A DNA stretch of 62,896 bases, filler included, from Octopus bimaculoides (GCF_001194135.2; 8 parts of 8 records of this genome joined end to end with filler, not necessarily neighbours in it), one strand, 5' to 3'; shown: positions 14,430 to 27,007, counted from the whole stretch's first letter. Notes: generated by a model from the letters alone, not told the origin. Program-made: numbers and translations.

Positions 14430-15300
14430 ATCTATGGAACTGAATGTACAGACTCTACGTATGACAAAAAGTTAGCCACGAGTCCTTTCTTGTAAAGTCA
14501 AAAAAATACGAGATCCACAGTCTACGTGAAGTGTAGCCCTCCTGGATTTGTGACCAGAGCATCACGCCACAAGTTGAAGACAATGGTTTGACTATCCAAA
14601 TGCAAAGAATATCTCATAAAAAATGGGAAAGCGAAGTCCTGAAGATTCGTAAATGCGACCGTAAATATCGATAATATACTCTTTTATAGCACATGTTATA
14701 TTTAATCGTCCACACACTTTATTGGGGTATATCTCTCACTGAGACAAAGTGCAATCCAATGTCTAGAAAATTAATGCCCGGAGATAAATACAAACAAAAA
14801 CCTGTACTATGGAATACATACAGACATATCAGCACAAGGAATATGAATGAAACATTCCCGTCGAAACTTCTATGAAGTAAAAGCATAGCAAGCATGACAT
14901 AAGTTATGCACCCTCACAGAATTTCGTTGTCCTGCAGATGTAAACATCTCTTCGAAAATCAACGCGAAAGAATATCTCCGGACAAATGTTCCGAAATCTA
15001 CAACTTCTCCTCCTTGTTATTTACATTCATGCCAATGATCATTGGTGCATTCGGTTATGTTTGTAAATGTCTAAGTTAAAATTTAGAGAAAATAGGATGT
15101 TCAAGCAAAGCTATCGTTATTTGATAAACTTTGTGGATGCAATCTGGAAGATGAACAGCAAAAATAGGCAAGGCATTCTTTACGTTCGATATGCAACGCA
15201 TGTTGTTATCCAAACTTCAATGATGGGCTTTTTGTTTCTTTGATGGAAACCAGCTTTTACATTCTGGAAATCATTCTAATAAATAAGAAGAAAATATGTA
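14430..15300 (+). mobile_element. Old copy of the second RLE LINE family (relative of 27130-28235)
   Basis: SITPQVED..L.IQ (cf. ITSHIEGYAFAIQ), TEFRCPADVNISSKI, QMFRNLQLL, PMIIGAFGYVCKCL, NLEKIG. 3' UTR motif TTTCTTTGATGGAAACCAGCT. Preceded by (ATCT)n at 14355-14427. Confidence 0.7.
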
Positions 15301-15937
15301 AATTATTTCTTTATCCGTTTCTCTATGTTTATTTATTTATATATGTTTAACTTCTAAATCCATTTCAATTTATTTAACGACATGTTTAAAATTCTTCTCC
15401 TGTCATTTTCAATATGTATTGCTGCCAGAGCTGCAACGTATGATATAGCATCTTTAGGTGAATATAGACAACAGACAGGTGAATGGATATGTTCTGAAAC
15501 GCTAACTCTTTCCCCTCTCACTTTCTCTGTCATTTTATCTCTTTCTTCCAGATTTTTCCTCCAATTGTTTCACATTTACAGTAGTTTGTTGTTTTTGGAT
15601 CCAATCCATCGATCAGTTTGTTTTCTGGTGTATTTACCTGTTTTATTATTTTTCTGAATGATGGTGGTGCTGGTTGTGGGAAGACGTGCGTTCACAACAT
15701 AATTAGAATATGTATCGAACAACATATGAAAGTGATATGATTTATATTAGAGCATGTACGCACATATTAGTACATATAAATACACGCGTAGACATTCACA
15801 TATTTACAACCACAAGCGTACACAAGTATAATATACACACATGCACACACACACACATATATACATACACACGCATATAAATGTATGCATATATGTATAT
15901 ATATTTATTGTTATGTGTATAAATTAGATGTGCGTGG

Positions 15938-15987
<50 letters not shown>

Positions 15988-16930
15988 NNNNNNNNNNNNN
16001 NNNNNNNNNNNNNNNNNNNNNNNNNNNNNNNNNNNNNNNNNNNNNNNNNNNNNNNNNNNNNNNNNNNNNNNNNNNNNNNNNNNNNNNNNNNNNNNNNNNN
16101 NNNNNNNNNNNNNNNNNNNNNNNNNNNNNNNNNNNNNNNNNNNNNNNNNNNNNNNNNNNNNNNNNNNNNNNNNNNNNNNNNNNNNNNNNNNNNNNNNNNN
16201 NNNNNNNNNNNNNNNNNNNNNNNNNNNNNNNNNNNNNNNNNNNNNNNNNNNNNNNNNNNNNNNNNNNNNNNNNNNNNNNNNNNNNNNNNNNNNNNNNNNN
16301 NNNNNNNNNNNNNNNNNNNNNNNNNNNNNNNNNNNNNNNNNNNNNNNNNNNNNNNNNNNNNNNNNNNNNNNNNNNNNNNNNNNNNNNNNNNNNNNNNNNN
16401 NNNNNNNNNNNNNNNNNNNNNNNNNNNNNNNNNNNNNNNNNNNNNNNNNNNNNNNNNNNNNNNNNNNNNNNNNNNNNNNNNNNNNNNNNNNNNNNNNNNN
16501 NNNNNNNNNNNNNNNNNNNNNNNNNNNNNNNNNNNNNNNNNNNNNNNNNNNNNNNNNNNNNNNNNNNNNNNNNNNNNNNNNNNNNNNNNNNNNNNNNNNN
16601 NNNNNNNNNNNNNNNNNNNNNNNNNNNNNNNNNNNTATATATATATATATATATATATATGTAATGTACATTTATCTATTTATACAATATGTGTATATAT
16701 GCATATGTACATTTATCTATATATACAATAAATATACTATATGTATGTGGGTATGTATTTGCGTTTATGTATACTATACTAACTTATTCGTATTATTGCA
16801 CATACTCGTACGTATACAAGGAAATCTATCAATCTTCATTAGATATTCTTGCCTGCTGTTATTGTTGTTGTTGTTGCTCTTCTTCTTCTTCTGCTAAAAA
16901 TAATAATACTATTAATGATAATACTAATTA

Positions 16931-16964
<34 letters not shown>

Positions 16965-17039
16965 CATCGTCGTCGTCGTCGTCATCATCATCATCATCAT
17001 CATCATCACCATCATTATTAGTATTATTATTATTATTCA

Positions 17040-17280
17040 ATTGTCTGATTTTTAACGCATGCTCTCTTTGTAGCTGTGAAAGCAACTCTACGTATCGCGA
17101 GTATGTGTACTGTTTTGAAAACACCCTCGTAATACGCTTGCTATGATTAGCAGCGCTACTTTTTGTGTTATGGGCTTTTATGTTGCAGCTTTGGTCAGGT
17201 ATTTTAAAGTGTGGAGAGCTTCGTTCTTGTGCCTCGATCAAGAACCCTTCAATTTCTGCTTTGTGACTCCTATTTCTCAC
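17040..17280 (-). mobile_element. R4/Dong-type LINE fragment abutting (TAA)n
   Basis: LRNRSHKAEIEGFLIEAQERS matches L..LKAETEGF.IAAQDQSL. On the element strand it runs into (AAT)n. Confidence 0.6.
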
Positions 17281-18593
17281 CTTGTGTTATGATTTTTTCT
17301 ACTTTGTTCAGATTTTTTTTTTCAAAATTGGACCTGTTGATTTTTTTCTTGCCATCGTTTCTGTTTAAATTTTAGCTGTTTCACGATTTCTGTTGTTGTT
17401 TGACCGTTTTCTTTATAGTTATTTGACATTGCAGCCGCAATTTTGAATTTGCTAACTTACTTTCAAGCAGAAAACAGGTAGTATCAATGCTAAGCAGTGG
17501 TGAGGAATAACTGAACTTCAGGTTAGTCAACTTATACTTATGACATATTTTAACTGTTCTGAAATAATTCTCCTCTCTACAAGATCATTTAAGCTCATTT
17601 TCTTAGTCGAATCTCATATTTATTCATTTGATAAATCTGTATACTATCTACTATAATATTTCTACTTGAGATCATCCACATAAAACATATGATTAATCAT
17701 CATAGCATTTGTAACCACATCTAGTTCTGTTGAATATGTCAGTGGAAGGCATCATCACTAAACAAACAGTAAGAGAATGGAATGAATACTCCTCTTGAAA
17801 TATGGATGGGTTTGATTTTTACAATTTCTGCTTTTGCCAATAACTTCATGAGTATTTTCCATTTTCTCATGACATGTTTCATGATTTTTATTATTACTAT
17901 TGTTGGTGCTACCTTAATCCTGATAAGTATTTCCGAACCTATCTGTGGGGAGTACTATTGAAAGCCTTCCGGTATTCAATTTATTCTATTCTTAGACCCT
18001 TCTTTTTTCCTTCTAAAGTCTTCGGTTTTAGCTTTAGGGATCAAAAAGTGATCTTTACTGCCATATGAATCTTCGCAGTATCCTTTCTGTTCTTTTATTA
18101 ACAAGTTGGTTTCTTTTAGATGTTTGCTCACTTACTGCAATAGTTTTGTAGTTAAGGCCTCGAAGGGTGTGGGATGACATGTTATGCGCCTGCAGATTTG
18201 AGGGCTTTTAGTTTCTGTTGATGTGGAGAACAAGATGATTTTCTCCACAGCCAACCCCTTAGGCGTTGTCACGCACACTACCTGTATTGAACCGTTCCGC
18301 TAGCACCTACCTCTGTCAGATATTTTAACCAGGAGTTGGGAACCTTTTCATGCACGAGTGCTTTTCAATGACTCATTTATTGCAGAATCTGGGTTACTTC
18401 TTCCTTTAATCTGTACACTTGTTGCTAATCCGATGTTTCGTTGTTTTTTTTTTTCAGTTCCGAAATAATTCTTTTATTGCCCATAGTCTATTCGAATTTT
18501 TCACTACTGATGCTGCAGTTCATTTTCAGCAAGTTCTTGATGTAATCGTTTTCTTTTCCAAAAGGTATTTGCTTTGAAATAAAAGACATAATA

Positions 18594-18949
18594 AAACAAG
18601 AGCGCTCAGAGAGCGCAAACGTCCGCCAAGGCAACAGCAACGTCCTCTCACCGATTAACCAGAGAATATCTGAAATTAATTCGACTGCTCTCACAAACGG
18701 AAAGCCAAAAACGAACTTGACCGCTCTCAAAGGTTAAGTGAAAAAAAAATGGAAAATAATCCAGAATCCTTGTCCGATACCCGATTGGTCCCAGAATCTA
18801 ATCGGTTAGTGCCAGTTACGATGCCAAACATCCCTGAAATTTTCATCCGAATCTATTCAGCGGTTCTTGAGATATCTTGTCCACGGATAAACCAACAAAC
18901 AAATGCGATTGAAACAATACCTCCGCCTTCGCTAAGGCGGAGGCAATAA
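18594..18949. mobile_element. Non-autonomous Helentron-type (HINE/DINE-1-like) element
   Basis: Terminal hairpin CCTCCGCCTT-CGCT-AAGGCGGAGG (18920-18943). A related subterminal GTCCGCCAAGG and small hairpin GCGCTC-AGA-GAGCGC lie at the other end, with an AAAC microrepeat and A-rich flanks. Confidence 0.55.
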
Positions 18950-19049
18950 AATAAAATAAAAAGTGAATTGCTGGATGTTTGCAGTCAGACTTCGAGATAT
19001 TTTGCTTTGAATGTCTTTCTTCTTAGTATTTTTGTAACAAATTTTGATA

Positions 19050-19330
19050 TGTTATGTTGTTGCTAGCCTTTTGAATATTCTTTTGATATATTGGCTCAAC
19101 ATTAAGTTTTGTTTCCCGTTGCAACAACAGCTCATTTCCACCATCCGGCTATTCTCCTGGAACTTTAATGAACATTTAATTATTGTGTCTTCTAAAATTT
19201 CATAAAATTCCGGTTTATTAAAATATCTGCTTTCTTCTTTCATTTGCAGACTTTGCATGACTTATGACTCCTTCGCTAAGAATTCTATGATGGCATAGAG
19301 CTCCCGTTTGAAACCTATTTGCTTTCAATG
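19050..19330 (-). mobile_element. Possible internally deleted mariner relic
   Basis: Minus strand ELYAIIEFLAKES resembles the mariner N-terminal RAVIEFL.KEG; the rest is very decayed. Confidence 0.3.
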
Positions 19331-20345
19331 AAGAGCACGAAAAGAGTCAATATAGAAGAGTTACTCCACCAGTATGCTTAATTTGAAAGACCTACGTCAA
19401 TTAATAAAAATGGTGTACCGATGTTTGTATTACTTCCTGTGCAAACGTAATGATAATTGTTCTAGGCTTTTGTTTTCTTTAGGTTGCTGTAATAATCAAT
19501 ATCTAAAATAATTATACTCTGGAAAAATTTATTTCTGATAATTCCATGATATTTTTATACAAACGTGGAGTTGTATGGGTGCGTACTTGTGTAGGTGCAT
19601 GAGTATTTGTAAAGTTATCTATATAAACATATGCCGTATATGTATATGTATTTATATATATGTGCATGTATATATATATATATATATACATACACACACA
19701 CACACATATNNNNNNNNNNNNNNNNNNNNNNNNNNNNNNNNNNNNNNNNNNNNNNNNNNNNNNNNNNNNNNNNNNNNNNNNNNNNNNNNNNNNNNACACA
19801 CACACACACACACACACACACAAGTATATGTATTTAATAATATTTATTACACTAGAGCTGCTTTTTACATATAAATTTTCTCTTAAGTATGCAATTTCCA
19901 GGCACACCAACTCATGATTTTACAAACCATGAGGATATGTTGTGGATTGGCTTGGTGATTCATCTTCAACACGAGCGGGTACGTGATACTGCCAAGCCAC
20001 ATAATGCCGAGACATCGACGTCCATCACTTCCAAATGAGATTCAGAGTGAGTTATCTTGTCTGTCTAAGACTTAAGTGTTTTAACACCTGTGGCATAAGA
20101 GTATATATACCCCACTATGCCACTTCAGCCACCCGAAGATACACAGAGCATATACATTAGTATATGTATTTACTAATATTTATTAGACTAGAGCTGCTTC
20201 TACCTCGTTATATATATATTGACGTGTTCATGACCAAGAAATTTGTGTGTGTGTGCTTGTGTGTGTGTATGTCTGTGTCTGAGTGTGTGTGTGTGTATGT
20301 ATGTATTTATATATCCATGTCGATAAAAATAGAAATATTTAAGGA

Positions 20346-20393
<48 letters not shown>

Positions 20394-20524
20394 NNNNNNN
20401 NNNNNNNNNNNNNNNNNNNNNNNNNNNNNNNNNNNNNNNNNNNNNNNNNNNNNNNNNNNNNNNNNNNNNNNNNNNNNNNNNNNNNNNNNNNNNNNNNNNN
20501 NNNNNNNNNNNNNNNNNNNNNNNN

Positions 20525-20579
<55 letters not shown>

Positions 20580-21247
20580 TGCTCCAATTGTATTTAATTT
20601 TTAACGCATTTATATCAACAGTTTTAAAGGTTATCATTTTTTTCAGCAATTGTGTAGTTTCTGATATTTCTAGGCGTTTACACTTGAATGGCTTCATTTG
20701 TTTTAAAGCTTTTCACGTACATTGATTTTTGTTCATAATTCACTCTGTCTGTCTATTCCACTTCCTCCCTCCAACGAAGCTTTATTAGAATATTTTCTTC
20801 TTTATCTCTAAAATATTTATCGTACAATTCTTCCAATTTTCGTTCATCTACCCCTCCACTAGTCTTCCTCTTCCTTATTCTCACCGTTTTCTTTCTCCTT
20901 CTACTTATTCTTTTCTTGCTCTAATTTTCTGCCTTTTCGTACCCGGGTATGATTCCATTTAATTATTTATGTATTTCACTTTAACATCGTTATAGCTAAA
21001 CGAAAGCTTGTAGGATTTATAAAGTATCCTCTATACCCAAATCACTCCAAAATGTTTCTTAAACGGTGTTCAGTATTTACTGTGACACTAGTTCGATTTA
21101 GCTATAACTCTTCCCAGTGATGTGCTTTCTTCGTTCTCGGCCGAAGATGGGAAACGCGAGAAAGATTAGTCAAATATTTCAGATACCAATATGAGATAAT
21201 TCAATGATTTACTGTTGAATAATCTCTCATTGTTCTTGGTTGCGTTG

Positions 21248-21280
<33 letters not shown>

Positions 21281-21344
21281 TTATGTATGTATGTATGTAT
21301 GTATGTATATGTATATATGTACATATATATATATGGATTTTTAA

Positions 21345-21712
21345 AATTTATTTATTTATTTATTTATGGGTTTCAAGCCAAGTGGCTGTGGTCATGCTGG
21401 AGCACCACCGTGATTTTCCGTCTTTATGCTTTGCTCTCTTCACGTTCCTTGCATGGCTCTTCTCCTGCACCTGATATAGTCCAATCAAGAGTTTTGATGG
21501 CACATCTGGTGTATAAGAGAATTTGACATCGCTGCCCTAAACTGTGTCTCATTTCGAGCCATTGGTTCGTCTGGTATCGTGGAGAGGAAAGCGTTGAGTT
21601 TTGTCTTGAAGACCTCCACATCCGTGTCTTGCAGGTCTCTCAAATGTTTTGGCAGGGCATTGAAGAGCTGAGGTCCTCTGAAACCGAGGCTGCTGCAGTA
21701 TCTTGTTCTTAT
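21345..21712 (-). mobile_element. CR1-type LINE 3' end (intact ORF2 C-terminus, 3' UTR, (TAAA)n tail)
   Basis: Stop-free frame 21712-21485: IRTRYCSSLGFRGPQLFNALPKHLRDLQDTDVEVFKTKLNAFLSTIPDEPMARNETQFRAAMSNSLIHQMCHQNS*, with the CR1-like motif GP.LFN.LP..LR...FK..LD.FL..IPD. Truncated by the scaffold end. Confidence 0.85.
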
Positions 21713-21812
21713 NNNNNNNNNNNNNNNNNNNNNNNNNNNNNNNNNNNNNNNNNNNNTTAATTAATTAANNNNNNNNNNNNNNNNNNNNNNNNNNNNNNNN
21801 NNNNNNNNNNNN
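21713..21812. other. Artificial scaffold spacer (44 N + TTAATTAATTAA + 44 N)
   Basis: Exactly 100 bp with a six-frame stop 12-mer; identical at seven sites. Confidence 0.95.
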
Positions 21813-22207
21813 ATACGGGGACAGTGCACTACCGTGTAGAAGTGTGTAGTGAGTCGAGAAGTTTAAAAGTGACCGGACAAGCGTGACGTGCGAAGAGGAA
21901 ACAGGACGCCCGTCAACTTCCACCACTGACGAGTAGATTCAGCAAGCTCGAAAGATGGCAATGGTGAACCGGTTCACCATTACCATCTCTCGGATCACTG
22001 CTCTTAGTTCTTCTTTGGTGTGCATTACTAGTGGAGCGGCAATGCTTACACTATAAAGCCAGAAAGAAAAATGGCGTGATCAGGCTCAAACTTCGATCAC
22101 GTGACCACAATAGTACCAGTTATAAGCACACATGCGCAGAAGGTAGTGTGACAATAATAAAGATATGTTATGGTGAAAGTGCGGATAACTTTTGACTTCC
22201 CCTCGTA
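21813..22207 (+). mobile_element. Internally deleted mariner element
   Basis: YGDSALP..SV..WVEKFKSDRTSVTCEEETGRPSTSTTDE (mariner HTH region) joined to a right TIR ...GGATAACTTTTGACTTCCCCTCG|TA. Confidence 0.8.
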
Positions 22208-22215
22208 TATATGTA

Positions 22216-22957
22216 TCTATATATATAAATGGCATTTTCTGTCTGTCTGTTACCATCTTAGTGCCTAAATCAGTGAACCAATATTCACGAAACATTGCAT
22301 ACATGTTACACTAACATCCAATTCAGTAACATGCTAATTGGATTCCAATAAAAATCTATAATGTTCCCCTCCCCCCCAGGGGTGTTGGGCGAATTATATG
22401 ATAAAATGCGAAGGTTGCAAAAAGTATTAGTCTGAGGGAAAGGTAGTAATAGAGAGAGGGTGACTTATATCAGTGAAGGAGAGAACAAGATATTCAACAA
22501 TCCGTTTTTGTTATTTATTTGTTCCAGAAAAGTTGCAGAAAAATATTACTCAGCTTTAAAGTTTAATCAATTTTACCTAATCAGAAAACAGGATCTGGAA
22601 GCTGGCATTTTCTGCATGATAGCTGGCATTTTCTACATGATAACTCTCTATCACGAAATGAAATCAAAATCATTAGGAGGAGGAATTTTTATTAAACAAG
22701 CGAAAGCAAAGTATTACGACAACCAAAGTTGAAGAAACTTCTGAAATTTTAATGAATAAAGTCATGTGAAACGGTCGAATAGACATGTAAATAATTTAGA
22801 AAGAAAAAAAATCCTTAGCGAAATTTTTTGGCATAAATCTGTCCTGATTAAGAGGCTTATCTGTCGGGGAAGGCATGCTCTGACATGGAATAAATAAACA
22901 TTTATATAAGACATTCTATTGTAAAAATTGCCTGGCAACGACGGGCTAATCAGCTAG
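22216..22957 (+). mobile_element. Non-autonomous Helitron
   Basis: A|TCTATATATATAAATG 5' end and GCCTGGCAACGACGGGCTAATCAGCTAG|T 3' end (GC-rich subterminal motif plus CTAG). Inserted between A and T with no TSD. Confidence 0.75.
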
Positions 22958-23193
22958 TATATATGTGTGTACGTGTGTGCGTGTGTGTGTGTGTGTGTAT
23001 TTCACGTGATCGACCAGACTATCGGATGTTGTTATACATCACTAATCACATTATACACGCGCGTGCGTTCACACACTTGCTGTAAGAAATAAGCATTTTT
23101 TTAATATTCTAATGTTTTGGGCTTTGTTCTGCTTCTTTACAAGTTAGTTTATACCATAGCGGTTAAATTCGTATCGATTTTACCGTTTTGAAA

Positions 23194-24312
23194 ATGAGTT
23201 TAGATTACATTTATGAGACACAGTTTAGATCACACTTATGAGACACTGTTTTCTGTATGAACTCAAAAGATTTTCAGCCGTGGGAACAGCAATAAATATT
23301 CGTTATGCTTATGGAAATAAGGTTTTAAATGCCCGAAATATCTATGATGGTTTTGGCCAGTTTAGCCAATGAAATTTTTCTGTTAAATTACCCTTGCTTT
23401 GGACAACCATGCTCTGTCAATATTGAGGTTCTGAAAATTGTAGTGCAGGAAAATCCAAAGTAAACTGCGCAAGAATAAGTAAAACAGTTCAATTCAAGTC
23501 GTACTTCGATGATAAAACACCTTAATAAACTATGAAAAGTGTCTAAACTTAGTCAGTATGACCGTTTTTCAGATTAATCAAAGAGTTTCCTTCTGTTCGT
23601 CGTTATAAAGTTGACTTTCTATTGAACCTTTTCTGGATAATCGTCACATGTGATGGAAAGTGGGTTTTCTATAATCATATCCAACGAAAAAAATGGTTAG
23701 CACTCAATGAAAAAGAGAAGCTATTCCCAAGCCAGAATTACACTCGAAAAAGTTATGCTCTCTATTTAATGGGAAATGAAGGGTGTCATCTATCACAAAG
23801 TGTTAAACCAAAGCGAAACAGTTAATCCGAAGTACTGTCGTCAATTGGAAGCATTGCACAAAAAATTGGAATTAAACGCGCCCATTATTGATCAGTCGTA
23901 TAGGGGTGTTGCTCTTACACGATAATGCAAGACCACTTATCGCTCAAGTAACCCAGGAAAAAGATTACAGTTCTAAATACGAAAGATTTTGCTTCAACTT
24001 CATTACTCTCTTGACTGTGTTCCATCTGATTATCATCTTTTCGAGCGATTGCAACACTATTGAGAGGGAAACAGTTTATTTATTGTGAAAAGATTAAAAA
24101 TGATAGTCGATGTTTTCTTTTGTTTTTGTTTTTTAACCTAAAGAATCTAAAGAAACTCATGCTCGAAAGTTTAATGATTTGCCAAAAAGAAGAGATTGAC
24201 TTATCAATAAAGAGGGGAAATATTATCTAGTATACATATATCAATTAAAACCAAAGAAGCATTTGTTCCTTTACCATCCTGAATTGCGGCAGGCTTTTCT
24301 TTCCAATTTATA
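23194..24312 (+). pseudogene. Mariner (DD34D-type) transposase pseudogene with right TIR remnant
   Basis: HLRHCFLYE, VLKIVVQENPK, IVTCDGKWVFYNH, PKPELH.KK, GVLLLHDNARP, YSLDCVPSDYHLF. Many stops and frameshifts; ends ...CTTTTCTTTCCAATTTATATA. Confidence 0.85.
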
Positions 24313-26340
24313 TATATCCAACAAACTCACTACTAAGCCGGCACTACACAATGGTGCCAGATTAATAAAGGTCGATTATATTATTGCCCAACTTTTGACT
24401 TTGTAAATGTGATCCATGCAACTGTATTAAGAAACGCATAGCCTAATTTCGGATTAAGTAAAAACAAAAAAACATTTCTCTGAAGTTCAAACAGTGATAC
24501 GCTGTCGATAAGATATGAATGCACCTTAAAGGTGTTAGGAGTGAAACACCTTATCTATTGTACGTAATCATTTGATTATATAGAAATCAATGACAATCTT
24601 CGTTTTCTTTCTACCAAAAGAATTATCCGGAAGAGAATAAATTGTAAGTCATAGATGTATAGTTTCTGACTAGGAATATATTTTTGATTCAATAACTGCT
24701 CGTTGCTGAAGTATTTGAATTGATACAGTGGGATATAAACTATAGTCGGACCAATCAACCGCCAATGATTATGCAAATGTGTTATGTAAGACAAAATATT
24801 TATTTACATTTTATCACGTGACCTTCCATTATTATCATTCGGCAGTTTGAGAAGAGGCCAGCGATTTGCGATGAATTGTCAAATAACAATAAAACTGACA
24901 GATTCCAACGTCGTCCCAAGGTGACGCAAAAGCTTTCGTGTGTTTAATTTTACAGCGAAACTAAATACATATGGATATGATTCCATTTATTCATTCATTC
25001 ATAACCTATATTGTATAGCTACGCAAGTCAATATCAGTGCCTAGAAACTGTTTATGACTTTGATACAGTGGAATAAATCTATCAGTGACTAAAATTACTA
25101 CCAGTATACTTTAGTTTATGACTACGTAAACATACGGATTTATATCCATATATGTTTATATTTAGTATTGCTATGGAATTAGACCCACGGGGCTACTTTA
25201 AGCAATTTGCGATAAGGTTCGAAGCGACCGATTTGTTTATCATTTAATAATTTATCAGACTTCACTAACCTCTCCCTCCCAAACTGGGGATTATAGTGGC
25301 GGAAGTCTACTTATTTAATTGTAAATTAAACTTCTGAATGTCACGATTCATTTCTTTAATGGTACGAGATTACGGTGCTCTTTGCAAGGTAATAAATTGC
25401 ATCCGGTGGTGAGATTCGGAGTATATAAAGTTACCCTTTAATCGCTACAACACTCAGGTCCGCTCTGGCCAGAGTTGGTACTATCCATCCAGTACCCCAA
25501 TTATGTGTCAAATAGTAGGAAGTTTTTCTGTGACTTAGACATACAGGACTCAGCGTAGAGCCGGCCCCTAGACATGTGCCACACAGGCTCACCAGTGTGT
25601 GGAAAAGTCTTGATGGCATGTGAATCCTTAAGCAGTCTCTCTATCTAAGGGTAAATAATCCTTGTGCGTCATGGGTAAAGCTTCAGAGAGCAGAAAACTA
25701 AGTGTTATTGTGAATAAGCAACGAGAAACCACTACTGTACCTTTTCAAAGAAAATTCATGAATCTTCAGACTTTGGTGTGGAGGACTACGACTGTCAACG
25801 CCTCTAAGGATGACGCGTGAAGTAAGTAAAGACTGACGGCCCAACAATAATTTCTAGGGCACTGGTGTAGTGTGGTTTTGAATCAACAAATAGATATATG
25901 AATGCAATATTATATTTATTTTTGTCAGTGACTAGGATTTGATCAATAACAAGTTTATTAATCTACTGAATTTGATCATATTTTATTTTCTATTCTCTCA
26001 CTAATCATATGTTATGACAGAACACTAAAACTCCCTTTATTAGATTTCTATCTCACTTTGTAAACCAATCGGGAAGTTAATAATATCAAGCATTAATAAC
26101 CTTGAATTTTAAGCAATGTAATTTTTCTACTTGGCTGAAATTAAAGCAAAAATTATATTCATTGAACATCAAAGGGAAAAGATAATACATATCTAACAGC
26201 ATATCTTAAATATTCTAACAAACTAAGATACAAAATTATGCTTATCAAATAACCTCACATGCATAACGCAAACAAACAAACATGCATACATACATACATA
26301 CATACATACATACATACATACATACATACATACATACATA

Positions 26341-26634
26341 AAAAAGAAAACGAAAATACCTACGCTGAACTATTGAGAAATCTACAGTTATTCTAATCCA
26401 GGTTACAAGTTCTGGTTTATACTGCCTCAGTACCAATTTTGAGAAATTATGTTCCTCAAAAGCAGAAACGAGAAAGCTGATTCGAAGACTAAAGATCAAA
26501 GTCATTACTGGAACTGTAAAAAAGCTGTAAAACTTTCCAGAAGTTTATCATTTAAGTACATATGAGCATGTCTAGATAAGCAACTATATGCATAAGAATA
26601 CATAAAACGAAATATATAAATCTGCACACATATC
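26341..26634 (+). mobile_element. RLE LINE family 2, 5'-truncated ORF end (array copy 1)
   Basis: KENENTYAELLRNLQL..PGYKFWFI..NFEKLCSSKAETRKLIRRLKIKVITGTVKSCKTFQKFII* (stop 26553-26555). Flanked by (CATA)n and (CCTA)n(CATA)n. Confidence 0.8.
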
Positions 26635-26745
26635 TACCTATCTACCTACCTACCTACCTACCTACCTACCTACCTACCTACATACATACATACATACATA
26701 CATACATACATACATACATACATACACATATACATACATACATAC

Positions 26746-26851
26746 AAAAATTTGTCTATGTTAACTACATCCCAAAGATGGAGCCTTGCATCTTTGTTGG
26801 AAACCGGCTCCCTCCCTAGTGGAAGATTTATAATAATTAAAAAATAGAAGA
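26746..26851 (+). mobile_element. RLE LINE family 2, 3' UTR-only copy (array copy 2)
   Basis: AATTTGTCT..TTAACTACATCCC...GGAGCCTTG..CTTTGTTGGAAACCGGCTCCCTCC...GAAGATTTATAATAA..AATAGAAGA|CATACATAC, homologous to 28126-28235. Confidence 0.8.
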
Positions 26852-26888
26852 CATACATACATACATACATACATACATACATACATAC

Positions 26889-27007
26889 AAATAAACAAAA
26901 ATATCCTGTTGGTGGTGTTGAAATTCCAATGGAGGAACTTTGGATCTAGGTTAGAAACCGTTTCTTTCTCTATTGGCAAGAAATCTTGAAATAAACTGAA
27001 TAACGAC
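26889..27007 (+). mobile_element. Divergent 3' UTR-only copy (array copy 3)
   Basis: TTGGATCTAGGTTAGAAACCGTTTCTTTCTC resembles TTGCATCTTTGTTGGAAACCGGCTCCCTCC. Ends AATAACGA|CATACATAC. Confidence 0.55.

Noticed and set aside
23194-24240. Domesticated or active transposase (also 33530-34205 and 61815-62396)
   Set aside because: Multiple stops and frameshifts, and catalytic motifs are mutated (DGKW for DEKW, NADVS for NADET).
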